Shown piece by piece: positions 41,671 to 55,400 of a DNA stretch of 64,000 nucleotides. The notes under the pieces were generated by a model. The model was not told where the DNA came from, ran no database searches, and saw only the letters and a list, made by a program, of their open reading frames with translations. The stretch spans positions 157,666,001 through 157,730,000 of the forward strand of contig OX597814.1 of NCBI GenBank assembly GCA_951406725.2. The letters run 5' to 3'. Position numbers and translations under genes: made by a program. Source of the DNA: Octopus vulgaris (Eukaryota). How positions within the stretch are numbered: position 1 is the stretch's first letter; the number at the start of each line of letters is the position of its first letter.

Positions 41671-41836
41671 TCGAAAAATACCTTAAGAAATAGAACCCAG
41701 TTTCGAAATTTCCCCAAGACACCTGATGAAGGCTGGAGGGTATATCAGCCGGAAAGTTGTGTTAACAAGCATGATGAGGACAAATATCCGTCAAATGTAA
41801 TAATGTACATAATTCCTCATCTCTTAAATATAGAAC
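41670..41836 (+). mobile_element. SINE tail containing a minimal hammerhead motif
   Basis: Second copy at 35958-36100; follows the TAA tract that closes the LINE insertion. Confidence 0.65.
41718..41763 (+). ncRNA. Minimal type I hammerhead ribozyme motif (mutated copy)
   Basis: GACAC-CTGATGA-A-GGCTG(loop)CAGCC-G-GAAA-GTT-GTGTT: stem I GACAC/GTGTT, stem II GGCTG/CAGCC. Confidence 0.55.
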
Positions 41837-42629
41837 AATACAAAGTAGGTAGCCCTTAAAACGGCTTTTTGTGCATTTACAGAGGATGCCTAAATGCCTT
41901 ACACAGGATCTTGTTTTTAGAAATTCCCAATAAGTTGGGAATATCCAAATTGTATAGTCAGTTATGTAATAGCATGCAATTAGTTACCCGATAGTAAGAA
42001 TTCAAATAAAGGGCTTTAATGCGTTCCCAGAGTAAATAGAATTTAGGAGGAAATACTAAGGTATGTATACTAAAATCGTGAAGCATGTTACGTAATAACA
42101 GGCTAATCAGGTGCGAGATAATAACAATTCAAAGTAAATAACTCTGAAAAGGGCTTTTGTGCTTTCCCAGAGAATATTACCCCCAGCAGCGCTAGTGTTG
42201 GTATATTCATGAATAAGTCACTAAACGAAATAAGTGGATATATTGTTTATGGAAATACTATTTATTTGTTTAAGGATTGTACTGGATAAATTGCGAAAAT
42301 AACTCTAACAGTTGAAATACTAAGAAATAAGCATACCCACTTTGATTTATACCAAATAATTTAGGAAAATGAATTGGTTATTTCCCTTGGCTATATATAT
42401 ATGCATCACTTCCAGGGGCCCTATTATCATTTTTTTTCAACAATCTGAGTATGCCATGAGGTTTCTAGACAGGAGTTCTACTCACGTATCAAATTAAATA
42501 CGTGTGAGTATGTATAGATATACTTGTGCCAATGTGTAAGCGCTTTAAATTGAATATGTATGTTTTATATATTGATGAATAACGATTTAACAGTCAATTT
42601 TTCAAACTTTCATCTATGCATTCATAGCC

Positions 42630-42951
42630 GTTGTTAGCCGCCAGTCGACGTCGTAACCGTGTCGTCGCTGATGGGTCGTGGTCCTGTGCCAATGGTTTCG
42701 CGTGCTGTCACGCTGGCCGGTCTGAGCCATCACGGACGTGTTGCAGGTGGATGAAGCCGTCATACATGGGTGTGGTCAACCGGGGTGTCTTCTGCGTGCA
42801 CGGTCTGCAGAGCTTTTAGTGTTGTATCGCTGTTGCAGGCGATAGATTGTACTGACATGGATATTGTAACCTTTGGCAACAACCAGGGTACGCTGCCTTG
42901 CTTGCAGTCAGCCTATAGCTTATTCTTTTTGCGCTGCTGACTGACGCATCA
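42630..42951 (-). mobile_element. Tc1-like transposase N-terminal (HTH) relic
   Basis: Hand translation AIG*LQA...VAKGYNIHVSTIYRLQQRY...ADRAR...TARETIG...PISDDTV..RRRL. Confidence 0.7.
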
Positions 42952-43255
42952 TGCCCGATGCGTCCACATTACGGATGCCAGGAATGCGGTTCAGGTTGAT
43001 GTTTATACTCATAACCTCCACGAGATGCATGTGCATTTCGGTTTTCGTGAAAATTATTTGCGGCTGCCACCCACGGAATTCAGCGCAGCTACGTTTTGGC
43101 ATCTCGTTTCAGGGCAAGTTGAAAGGTAACCTGCAATTTGGATATCACCGCTAAACCAGCATGTCTTGGAATATTTATACTTACATCTCCAAAATAAATT
43201 TTCGGAATTTACCATAAAAAGACAGTTGGAAACATCACGTTTCTTTTGCGGTTCA

Positions 43256-43310
<55 letters not shown>

Positions 43311-43314
<4 letters not shown>

Positions 43315-43739
43315 TAATAAATATTAGGGAATAAATCCAAACTTACAGGGAAAAATCAGATTCAGGATTGAATCCAATTTTATAATAAAATATTATATTG
43401 TATTAAATTAGAGACAAAACCACTATTAGGCAAATCAGACAATGAAAAACTTAAGCCAATACATAAGATTATTTAATTTATATTATTAAAATATATAACA
43501 AAATTATTAAAAAAATATAATTAATATAACACTACGATCGTTTCATGGCTGTTAATTTCTTTAAATTTTCGAGTTACAGTCATTCATCAGATGGTTTAAA
43601 TATTTGTCTTGGCGAGGTTTAAACAATGTTATATTAATTATTTTGTTATATATTTTAATAATATAAATTAAATAATCTTATGTATTGGCTTAAGTTTTTC
43701 ATTGTTTGATTTGCCTAATAGTGGTTTGTCTCTAATTTA

Positions 43740-43745
<6 letters not shown>
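43311..43745 (-). mobile_element. (TA)n-flanked non-coding foldback element with hammerhead motif (PLE pseudo-LTR-like)
   Basis: Arms about 43395-43510 and 43635-43745 are inverse copies; hammerhead motif lies in the spacer. Confidence 0.7.
43528..43597 (-). ncRNA. Type I hammerhead ribozyme motif with palindromic helix III
   Basis: Minus: AACCAT-CTGATGA-ATGACTGT(loop)ACAGCCAT-GAAA-CGATCG-TA-GTGTT; intact CUGAUGA/GAAA/UA core. Confidence 0.68.
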
Positions 43746-43811
<66 letters not shown>

Positions 43812-43970
43812 TAAACACACACACACACATATATATATATATATTTATATATATATATATATATATTCATGTATGTATGTATTTATTCATACATTCATAT
43901 ACACTTGTTATGTATGTATGCATATAAACAGCTATGTATACGTAGAAACATACATGCACACACATATATA

Positions 43971-45589
43971 CAGTAGTGGCCATAATATAAGGGTTATTAA
44001 GAATGAGTGTACTGAAATAGTTATTTACAGAATATTAACAACACTTCGAGATGAGATATTTTAAACACATTTAGATATATCTATCTTTCATGAAAATTTC
44101 AAGTGAATGGAATAAATATTTCGTAAATGATGAGGAAATAAACAAACAATCTTCCAAATTACAGCAGTCAAAAGTTAAGCGTCACTTAGAAAAAATGAAC
44201 TACTAGCCGAGGTATTTGTTGTTTAGAAGACTGTTAATGGCCTAACAGTTATTTTTTATGAACTTACATTATTAGAACATTCAACTTTCAACATGGAGAC
44301 TTGTGAGAGATTACTGATGTCCTGTGATGAAAAACAAAGTATCATGTGCCTTCAACAAGATGGCAAGTCAAATTCTGTGATAGCAACTATTATAGGAAGG
44401 TCTAGATGTGTTGTCCAAGGAATTGTAGATCGTTTTAAGTAATCCGGATCGACTGATGCTAAACTTAAAACCTAAAACCGATAGACCTCGTAAATCTTCA
44501 CTAAGACAGGATCATATTATGGTTAGAATGGTCACTGAAGGATAGGTTTAAGAGTGCCGCTGAGATATCCCGCGAGTTTAGCTCCACTTCCGGTGTCAAC
44601 GTATCGCGCAAAACATTTTCTCGGAGCCTATGAGGTTCTGGGTTGCTTGCTCGGACACTGGCAAAGAAACTGCTGATCTTCAAGAAGAATCAAAGAGCTC
44701 GTCTTCGTTTCGCTCACCCAGATGTCGTTTGGACAAAAAACAGTGGTCGCAAATGCATTTTAGCGTTGAATCCATGTTTAACGTGAATGCTTCCGATGGC
44801 AGAATGTATGTCCAACAAAGAAGTGGCAAAATGTTATCTCTCTCATGTGTGAAGAAGATAGTGGAATATGAAGGAGCCAGTGTAATGGCAAGGGTAGGGA
44901 TCTCTGCTGCTGCTCATTCGTCTACAAGGGACGGTCAATGCTGAAATCTACGGGCAGCTTCCTACACATCCTGCCTTTCCACATCTCCGATCCTCTTCAG
45001 TTTAATCTCCTATCTTCGTGCAGGACAACGCTCCCTATCACATGCGAAGAGAGTCAAAGAGTTTTTTAAGTGATGAAGGAGTTGATCTCATGGACAGGCC
45101 ACCTCAAAATACCGATCTCAACCCTATAGAAAGCGCTTGGAAGATTATTAGAGATGGGGCACGAAGGAGAAATCTCATGAACCAAGATGAGTTCTAGGAA
45201 TTATGAAAAACGAATAGAACAATATTACTCCATCATTTTGCAAGAAATTAATTCAGTCCTGTGGTAACAGATGTCAGGAGGTCATTGATAGTAAAGGAAT
45301 GTTTACAAAATATTAATAGTAAGGGTTACTTTTTTGCTCTTATTCCATTTTTCATTGCTTTTGTAAGTGACCCTTCACATTTGGCTGTAGCAGTTTAGAA
45401 GATTATTTGTTTATTTCCTCATAACTTACGAAATATTTATTCCCTTGACTTAAAATTGTCACAAAAGATAGATGATATATATATATCTAAATATGTGCGA
45501 AACATCTAGTCTCAACATTTTCTTGATCTTCTATGATAAATATTTCAATACACTTGTTCTCACCGACCCTTATACTATGGCCGCTATTG
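43971..45589 (+). mobile_element. Tc1-like transposon with long (about 220 bp) imperfect TIRs, degenerate transposase
   Basis: TA|CAGTAGTGGCCATAATATAAGGGT ... ACCCTTATACTATGGCCGCTATTG|TA; QDNAP and PDLNPIE motifs near 45020-45130. Confidence 0.85.
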
Positions 45590-46310
45590 TACATGCGCCC
45601 GTTTGAGTAAAAATCAAAAAGTAAAATTTATTATTCATAAGCATTGTGTTTGTATGAGCGGTAAGTTTGTGTATTGTGTTTGTGTAGTGTAATGATTCAG
45701 TATGTTCAGCGTACTAAATGATTGATTAGGGTTGATTTTTCCATTAGTTTTGTTTGTTTAATGGTAGAAAAAGTAAATATTCGAGATATGACACATTTTC
45801 GCATGTTTCACTCTTTTTCCATCTCTCCTTCCGTTTAAATGCATATATTTATACACACACGCAGGCACAGCACATGTATTTAAACTGAAATATACTCAAA
45901 GTGACTTGTTTCTCTTTCTCACTTTTCCTTTAAATGTATGTATATATATTATACATATACATACATACATACATACATACATACATACATACATACATAC
46001 ATACAAACATACATATAAATATATATATGTGTGTGTGTATATGCATACATATATATATATGTACGTATATATATATATTATGAATATACAAATATATATA
46101 TGTATGTGTATATATATATATACATGCATGCATACATATATATACATATATATAAATATATATATATAAATGTATATATATATATGTATGCATACATATA
46201 TATATATATATACACATACATATATCTAATATATATATATCGATATATATATATATATATATATAAATAAATTATATATGTATCTTTCTATCTATCCATC
46301 CATCTATCTA

Positions 46311-46417
<107 letters not shown>

Positions 46418-46459
46418 CAAATTGAGGTTGTAAGATACCACACGATGGAATTATATATG

Positions 46460-46781
46460 AAAGTAGGTTTGAAAATGTAATTTGAACAGGTTTATTCACT
46501 TGACCGGTTTTTACTTTTTTTAGAAAAAGATTGTCAAAAGTAAAATGTAAAAGCTTTGTAAAAACTTTGTGGTGTTAAGTACTGATTGTCACAAATTATT
46601 ACAATACATATATACATTCTTTCATAATTATAAGAAAACTGTTAAAACAGTTTACAAAGAAGAATCTTGAGAAAATATTAAAAAGATCATAGAAAATATT
46701 AGGATTTCATTAAAAATCGTTTGTTTGGAAGTATCTATATATATTCACAAAGTTATAAGTTCAAAAACGTCATATTTTGGT

Positions 46782-46831
<50 letters not shown>

Positions 46832-47075
46832 AGGAGATATATTTAGGAGTTTACACAGAATTTGAGATAAACTGACCTGTTTTACCATTTCACGCTTTTT
46901 GTAAAGCTGAATATAGGCTGATTACTATTTTAGGTGACAGTGTGGGAGGTCGGTTTGGGTGGAGGAAAGGAGGAGCAATGTGGAAATGAAAGGAAATTTT
47001 TTGTTGTTTCTCTTTAGTCTTTCACGGTTCAGTGGTTTTGGGGAATGGTCTGAGAGTTCAGTATGGTGTGAGTTT

Positions 47076-47121
<46 letters not shown>

Positions 47122-50100
47122 TTACATGTGTTTGTGTTTCTGTGTGGGTGCTGTGTTTGATTGGTCCCAGTGTTTATTGTGGTGTATGTAAATGTGTCTG
47201 TGTGTTTAATATTTGGTAGGATGGTGTGTGTATATGTGTGCACGTTTGTGTGTGTGTATGTGTGTGATTATTATGTGTTAGGGTGTTGTGTGTGCATATG
47301 TGTGTAAGTGTTTGTTCACGTGTGTGTATGTGTGCGTCTGTGGGTGCGTGTGTATGCTGTGTTTTATTGTGTTGTTGGGGATATTATGTGTGTGTACGTG
47401 AGTGTGTGTGTATCTCTGTCTTAGTATGCTTGTGTTGTTATGGTGTAGTGTGTGTGTGTATATATATATATGTGCGTGATTGGTATTTGTCATGGTGTTG
47501 TGTGTGTGCATGTGTGTATATCTGTTTATTCGCGTGTGTGTATGTGTGCGTCTGTATGTACGCGCATGTATGTTTGTTGTTTGTGTGTTTTTTGTGTTGT
47601 TGGGGATGTTATGTGTGTATGTGAGTGTGTGTTGTGTCTGTCAGACTATGTTTGTGTTTGAATTCTCATTGTCGTGTGTGTGTGTGTATGTGAGCAACCT
47701 TATGTGTGTGTGAGGTTGCATGTGTATTCATGTGTGTATGTGTATGTGTGTAAGTCTGTTGTATTTATCAGGGGTTCTGTGTGTCCATGTGTGTTGGATT
47801 TATCTGGGTGGTGTGTATGTGTGTGCATATGCGTTTTGTGTGTGTTTTGGTATTGAGTATGCGTTTGTGTGTGTGTGTATATATGTGGGTGTGGTTTATG
47901 TAGATTCCGCGTGTGTGTGTGTGTGCACATGAGTGTGCTGCATGCTTGAGTGATTTATTTTGTTCGTATTGTTAGTGCAGTGTGTGTGTATACGTGTGGG
48001 TGTGATGGTGTGAGTGTGTCTATGTGTCTTGTATTTGTCAGGGAGGTGTGTGTCATTGTGTGTGTGTATGCCTGTGTTGTATGTTTGTGCATGTTTGTTG
48101 TGGTTGTTGGGATTGTATTGTGAGTGTATGTGTGTCTTTTCTTTTGAGTGTGTGTGTGTGATTTTATTACTGGGGTACAGGCGTATTGTGTGTGTGTACA
48201 GGTGTGCATTAATGCATGTGTGTTTTTGTGCGAGTTGTGTTGTAGTTGCGTGTTTGTTTGTGTATCTGTATATGTGTGGGTGTGTTTGTGTGAATGTGAT
48301 TTGTAATTTCGGGGTGGTGTGTGTAGCTGTGTGCATGTCCGTGTTTATGTATGTGTATATGTGTGTGAGTGTTGGTTATAGTTGCTGGATTCAAATTGCA
48401 AGTGTATATATTTATGTTTTTTCTTGTAATGTGTACGGGTTTGTGCTCTAGTGTGAGGATGTTGTGTTTGAGCATGTGTGTATTTGCGTCGGAGGTTGGC
48501 ATTGTTTTTGTGCGTGTGTGATTTTGTATATCTGTATGTATTTCTGTGTGTTTGTTTCGGATGTGTACCTGGGGGTTATGTTAGAGTATGTTGAATTGTC
48601 TGTATTTTTGAATAAGACTATTTTCCCTATTTATTCGTGTTTCGTCACTGATGTTGTCCGGGCATTGGTATAGTGGAAAACTAGGAATTTGGGGGACTTG
48701 CTGTGTGCACAGAGGTCTAACTGCCCACTAAGTGGTATCTGCCTTGTGGTGGGATCTCTCAGTTGTTGGCGGGAACTGTCATCCTGTCTCTGAGGGTAAG
48801 GCTCGTTTGCCCTATGTAATCTTCGTGGCATCCTTCACACCTTATGTCATAGAGTAAATTCTTTGATGCGCAAGTGAAATTATTTTTTATGACAAAAGTG
48901 TCCCGACTGGAATTTGTACACTGATCCTTCAATGAGGAGGATGCAAGTCTTGCAGTCAGAACGACCACATTTTTTTACGGTGCGCGGTGGGTTTTTTTGG
49001 TAATTTTGCATTGGTGAGTAGGTTTTTAGGGATTTGGGTTGTCTTTTGCTTTTTATTATTTTATGGGTTGCGACTACTTTTTTTAGAAGTGGGTCTTGAT
49101 ACAGCTGTGGAATATTGTTGTATATAATTGTGTAAGCTTCTGCATTTCTTGGGTTGTGTGTTGAGAGATAGGGGAGGCTATTTACTATTCTGTGAGTGTT
49201 CTTTGGTTTTCGTAAGTCTTGGTTAGTAATTGATTTGGCCCGTTCTATTCCATTGTCAACTAGTGATATTGGGTAATGTCTTTCGAGAAGAATTGCCTTT
49301 AGTTCTCGGAGTCTTTTATTTCGTATTCTATAATTTGAGACAATTGTGCAGATTCTTCTTGCTAGGTTGAAGGGGATATTTGTCTTCGTGGGGTTTGGGT
49401 GATTGGAGGTGAACAGAAGGTATTGTTTGGAATCAGTAGGTTTGTAGTGGATGTCAGTTTCAATGTTGGTGCCCTTTTAAAAATAAGAATATCAAGAAAA
49501 GGAAGTTGGTCTTGACTATATTCCATTGTAAAGTGGATATGGTTGTTGACACTGTTGATAAGGTTTTTGAAGTCGATAAATTGGTCGAGTGTGTGGGACC
49601 ATAGGATGAGGCAATCATCTAAGCAGCGTTTCCAATTCTCCAATAGGTATTTGTGGAAAGACAGGCTGTACTTATATTTGGATTTTTCATAGATATGTGA
49701 TTCCAGGTAGGCCATCACCAGAGTTGCACAGGTAGGGACAACTTTAGTACCCATTGCAGTCCCTGATACCTGGAGAATAAGCTTTAGACCCTCGATGATG
49801 AATTCTTTTTTTTATTCATTCTGGGACCTCATTGGGATATTTTTCTAGCCAGAATTTAATGGCTTCCAGTCCATATTCATGTGGGATCGTAGTGTAACGG
49901 TTTATTACATCAATGGAGACAATCAAAATGTCTTTATTTGTACGTTTGGGGAGATGATTTAATAGGTCAAGGTCATCTGTTTCAATACTTGGTATGTGTT
50001 TCAGTATTGGTTTTAGGATGATATCGAAAAAATTGCAAAATTACCCAACACAAACCCACCGCCCACCGTAAGAAAATGTGGTAGTTCAACCTGCAGGACG

Positions 50101-51077
50101 TGCATCCTCCTCGTTGAAGGATCAGTGTACAAATTCCAGTCGGGACACTTTTGTCATAAAAAATAATTTCATCTGCGCATCAAAGAATTTACTCTGTGTC
50201 ATAAGGTGTGAAGGGTGCCACGAATATTACATAGGGCAAACAATCCATACCCTCAGAGAAAGGATGACAGTTCCCGCCAATAACTGAGAGATCCCACCAC
50301 TAGGCAGATACCACAAAAAACACACAAAGATACATGCGCGCACATACAGATGCACACATACACACACGCGAATAAACGCATATACACACACATGCGCACA
50401 CGCAACACCATGACAAACACCGATCACACACATATATACACACACACACTACACCAAGACAACCATAACAACACAAACATATTAAGACAGAGATACACAC
50501 ACACTCATGTACACACACCCTCACGTACACACCTAACATCCCCACCAACACAAAAGAACACATTAGCATACACACGCACCCACAGACGCACACATGCACA
50601 CACGCGAACAAACACATACACACATGCGCACACACAACACCCTAACAAATATTAATCACACACATACACGCACACAAACGTGTACACATATACACACACC
50701 ATCCTACCAAATATTAAGCAAACACAGACACTTTTACATGCACCACAATAAACCCTGGGTCCAATCAAAAACAGCCCACACACAGAAACACAAACACATG
50801 TAAATACACATGCACACACAGACACACACACTCACACCATACTGAACTCTCAGACCATTCCCCAAAACCGCTGAACCGTGAAAGACTAAAGAGAAGCAAC
50901 AAAAAATTTCCTTTCAATCCCACATTGCTCCTCCTTTCCCCCACCCAAACCGACCTCCCACACTGTCACCTAAAATAGTAATCAGCCTATATTCAGCTTC
51001 ACAGAAATCGAGAAATGGTAAAACAGGTCAGTTTATCTCAAATTCTGTGTAAACTCCTAAATATATCTCCTTCTGTA

Positions 51078-51119
<42 letters not shown>

Positions 51120-51410
51120 CCACCAAAATATGACGTTTTTGAACTTATAACTTTGTGAATATATATAGATATTTTCAAACAAACGATTTTTAATGAAATC
51201 CTAATATTTTCTATGATCTTTTTAATATTTTCTCAAGATTCTTCTTTGTAAACTGTTTTAACATTTTTCTTATTATTATCAAAGAATGTATATATGCATT
51301 GTAATAATTTGTGACAACCAGTACTTAACACCACAAAGTTTTTACAAAGCTTTTACATTTTACTTTTGACAATCATTTTCTAATTGCATTTTCAAACCCT
51401 CTTTCATTTG
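46460..51410 (-). mobile_element. Penelope-like element with a large inverted duplication of its 3' part
   Basis: Minus RT about 50040-49000 (GTAMGTKVVPT, WKRCLDD) and GIY-YIG 48968-48759 (NLLYDIRCEGCHEDYIGQT); 50041-51410 is the inverse of 49000-48735 joined to about 47590-46460. Confidence 0.9.
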
Positions 51411-51460
51411 TATATATATATACATATATATATTAAGAAAATAAGACCTATGTGTGTATG

Positions 51461-51499
<39 letters not shown>

Positions 51500-51558
51500 A
51501 TATATATGTTTATATATATATGACATTCGAAAAGATAATAAGAGCCATACAGATCATG

Positions 51559-52446
51559 GGATCTTTTCAATTCTGAAGCCAGGACCACAGATCTTTCTAC
51601 TTAACTAAATATTCTGGAACTTCGTATGCTGATAGAGTCTAGCAAAACAAGACACAGGTTGGAACTAGTTTATTTGAGAAAAATCTATTTTATGACTTTA
51701 ATCGTAGATTAAAACTGCGAATTTTAACCAATCAGATTGTTTGTTTTCATGTGTAAAACTTGACTGCATTCTATTAGTGTGACGTAGAAAGCGCTTTTGT
51801 GACGTACTAACGTTCGGAAAACTGTAAACAAACACAGAACGTAACGGCAGACGAAATACGGCTACGCATTTCGCCCGGCGTGCTAACGTTTCTGCCAGCT
51901 CTTTGCTTTTTTAATATTAAATTTCTTGCCTTTTGCACAAATAAATACAATAAGTGAAATGAAACGCATTAGCTTAGAAACGAAATCTTGTTAGAAGCCT
52001 CGTCACTGAGATGCCACTTCTTAATAGCAAACGAAAGCAAGTACTAACAGAATGGAAACATTTTCAATTTAATACATGTGGCTTATTAACTAGTTTTAAA
52101 TATTGTTATTAGAAGGTGGCTGACTATAGGATCCTGGAAACATGAGTACGTTAAATAATTAGAAGGAGATTTCACGGATACATGCGCTTTGTTTAAATTT
52201 AAGATGTTTAATACGTCACCAAATTGGTGGTCGAGACGGAGTAAATAAAATAAAGCCGAATGACGGAATATCATTGGTTAAAATTCTAATTATTAAACAA
52301 CGTTAAACTTAGAAGTTACAATTCCGTTTTCATTCTGGTTTACAATTAAGTTTACTTTTGACACATTCTACCAGTATACGAAGTTTCAAATTGTTTGGTT
52401 CAGTAGGAAAAATTTGAAAAAACTGGCTTCAGAATTGAAAAGATCC
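51559..52446. mobile_element. Non-autonomous DNA transposon (MITE), superfamily unassigned
   Basis: 24-bp TIRs GGATCTTTTCAATTCTGAAGCCAG / CTGGCTTCAGAATTGAAAAGATCC; no credible ORF. Confidence 0.7.
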
Positions 52447-52483
52447 AATTTTTTTTTTTTTTTAATGAAGACTTAATAATAAT

Positions 52484-55400
52484 TTAACATTACTTGAAGA
52501 GAAAATTTCTAACAGTACACCGAATCGCTTGTCCAATGGTTATAAAGGAAGCGCGCCCCTCAGGAGGTTCCAGCCTGATGGCGAAAAATTTTCAAATGGC
52601 AGAATATCTTCCCCGAATACGAACCTGGAAGGTCACTTAAACGGGATTTGTCCCAAATTAAGCCCCCAAAGTTCACCACCACAACGACCAGAAAATCAAA
52701 AAAGTAAAAGAACTAAATGGAACCGGGAAAAATATAAAGAAGTAATATATGCTTATTACTTTGCAATAAGTAGGCCAACCCAAGAAAAAAACACCGCAAA
52801 CTCCTACAGAATTTGGAGGAGCCGGAATCCAGCTAGCAGACCAAACCTGGATGAAAACAGATTAGCAAATGTTAGAAGAGATATCTTCAGAAATACCAGA
52901 CTCACAGATGCAGAATTAACCTCTATTAAAAAAGTGGTAGAGAATGACCTAAATGTAAGTCAGGAAAGAAATAACGAAGCTGAGGAGAGGAATGTTGGGC
53001 CACAAACATTGACTGAAAGGCGACCATCTGCCGAATCGACTCAAGATCCTGAAGAAGGAAAATATGACCCTAGAAAAAACAGCCCGGAAAATGATGTCGA
53101 AACAGAATTTGAAAATCACATGTTTGTTGAACAACACAGAAAATCTATCATTGAAATGAAGCAAGAAGTTCTGAATGAGCTTGCAGTTGTAGGGCATACA
53201 ACTATGAATGATAGGGAATCACTCCATAAACTCTCAAATGCACACCAACATAAAACACAAATAAAAATTGGCAACTGCGTTACACAGGAAATCATACAAC
53301 AACTAAAACCCGATCTTAATAAATTAAATGAAATTATTTACTCTGTCGCTAAGGTAATCGAAAGACGTTGTTTAACACCCAAAAATCCAACAATACCAAA
53401 TTCGAAAAGAAAATCAAACTGGAGGAGTAGAATTGAAACTGAAATTGAATCATTGCGAAGGGAGATATCAATATTAACTGAGTTAATCTCTGGAAATGAT
53501 GTAAGATCAAGAAAAGGCAGGAAGATTGTGAGAAAATATGGACATTCAACAAGAGAAGAACAAAAAGTTCAAGCAAAAGCTCAGAGAATACGCAGATTTG
53601 AGAAAAGAATCAATTTCTACAAACAGAATAAGATGTTCAAATCCAATGCCAAATCATTTTACAGGGAAATAGGGAAAGAAAAAATAACCATTGAAAATCC
53701 ACCCCTAATGGAAGCAGTTGAAAACTTTTGGAAGGGGAACTGGAGTGATGAGAAACCATACAATGAAAATGCAGACTGGATCAAACGCACCCATGATTAC
53801 AAAAATCTACAAGAACATGTATGGGAAGACATCTCAATCGCCGACCTAAGGAGAGCACTAACGAAGGCTCATAGGTGGAAATCCCCTGGTATTGATAGAG
53901 TACCAAATTTCTGGCTCTCATCACTCTCGTCCGCACACAAAATGTTAGTAATACTATTTAATAGTATTATGAAAGACCCGAAAAAAACACCACATTGGAT
54001 GGCAAATGGTATTACTTACCTCCTCCCCAAAAATAACAAAACGAAAGACCCCCAAAACTATCGGCCTACAACATGTTTATCTACTACCAATAAGATCTTG
54101 ACATCTATTCTAGTAGAGAAAACATATACGTTTATGGAAGAGAATAACCTCTTTCCCACTGAACAAAAAGGATGCAGACGAGGCTCATACGGATGCAAAG
54201 ATCAGCTCCTAATTAATCGCATGATCCTTGAGAACTGCCATAACAAGCGCAGAAATCACAGCTCTTCATGGATTGATTATAAAAAAGCCTTTGACAGCAT
54301 ACCACATTCGTGGATTCTGAAATCGCTGGACATTTTCAAAATTTCTCCTGTGATTTCAGATTTTTTAAAGTATAATATGTCACTATGGAACACGAAGCTT
54401 CAATTATATCATTCTAATGGAGTATTGCACTCAAACAACATTAGCATAAACTGTGGAATTTTCCAAGGTGACTCACTTTCACCACTAATATTCTGCATAG
54501 CACTAATACCACTCTCAAGTGAACTGAATAGAACAGGATATGGCTACAAAATTGACAACAAGAAAATAAGCCATCTATTTTATATGGATAACTTAAAAAG
54601 CTATATGGCAAAGATGATGAAGAACTTGAAGGATTATTACATACTGTGAAAGGATTCAGTGATGATATCGGGATGGAGTTTGGCCTTGAAAAGTGTGCCA
54701 AAGCCACTTTTAAGAAAGGGAAATTGGTAAAGTCTAGTTCAATCGAATTAGATGTCGAAATAGTAATAAAGGAACTTGAGCAGAAACAAACCTATAAATA
54801 CCTAGGAATAATTGAAGGCTCTGGTATCCAGCATGCAAGCATGAAAGAGAAGGTTAGGAAAGAATGTTATAGAAGAGTTCGAGCAGTCCTGAAGTCTGAG
54901 CTGAATGCATATAATAAGGTTTTAGCCATAAATTCCTTAGCAGTACCAGTTGTTCTTTATAGCTTCAATGTGCTTAACTGGAATACAAGTGAAATAATGA
55001 AAATTGACAGGAAAATCCGCAAGCTACTGACATGTAATAAGATGCACCATCCAAAGGCAGACGTGGATCGCCTTTACCTTCCCAGAGCTCAGGGAGGTCG
55101 AGGTTTGATCCAGCTTGAACTTACATACAAAACCACCACAATCGGACTGGCCAAATACTTTGAAGCAACCAACGATTGGATGCTAAAACTTGTTGAAAAA
55201 CATGAAAGATCTAAAAAACTTCACTCTATTCTCAAAGAGAACAAAAAATTCGCTGCTGATCTCTTAGATACCCGCCAGATTGAGCAGGCTGAAGGAAATG
55301 CGCCAACTGCAGCTGCAAAGAAAATAAAATTAATTGCAAAGACAAAAGCACATGAAAATTTAGCTAGCAGATGGGAACAGAAACCTCTCCATGGCAAGTA

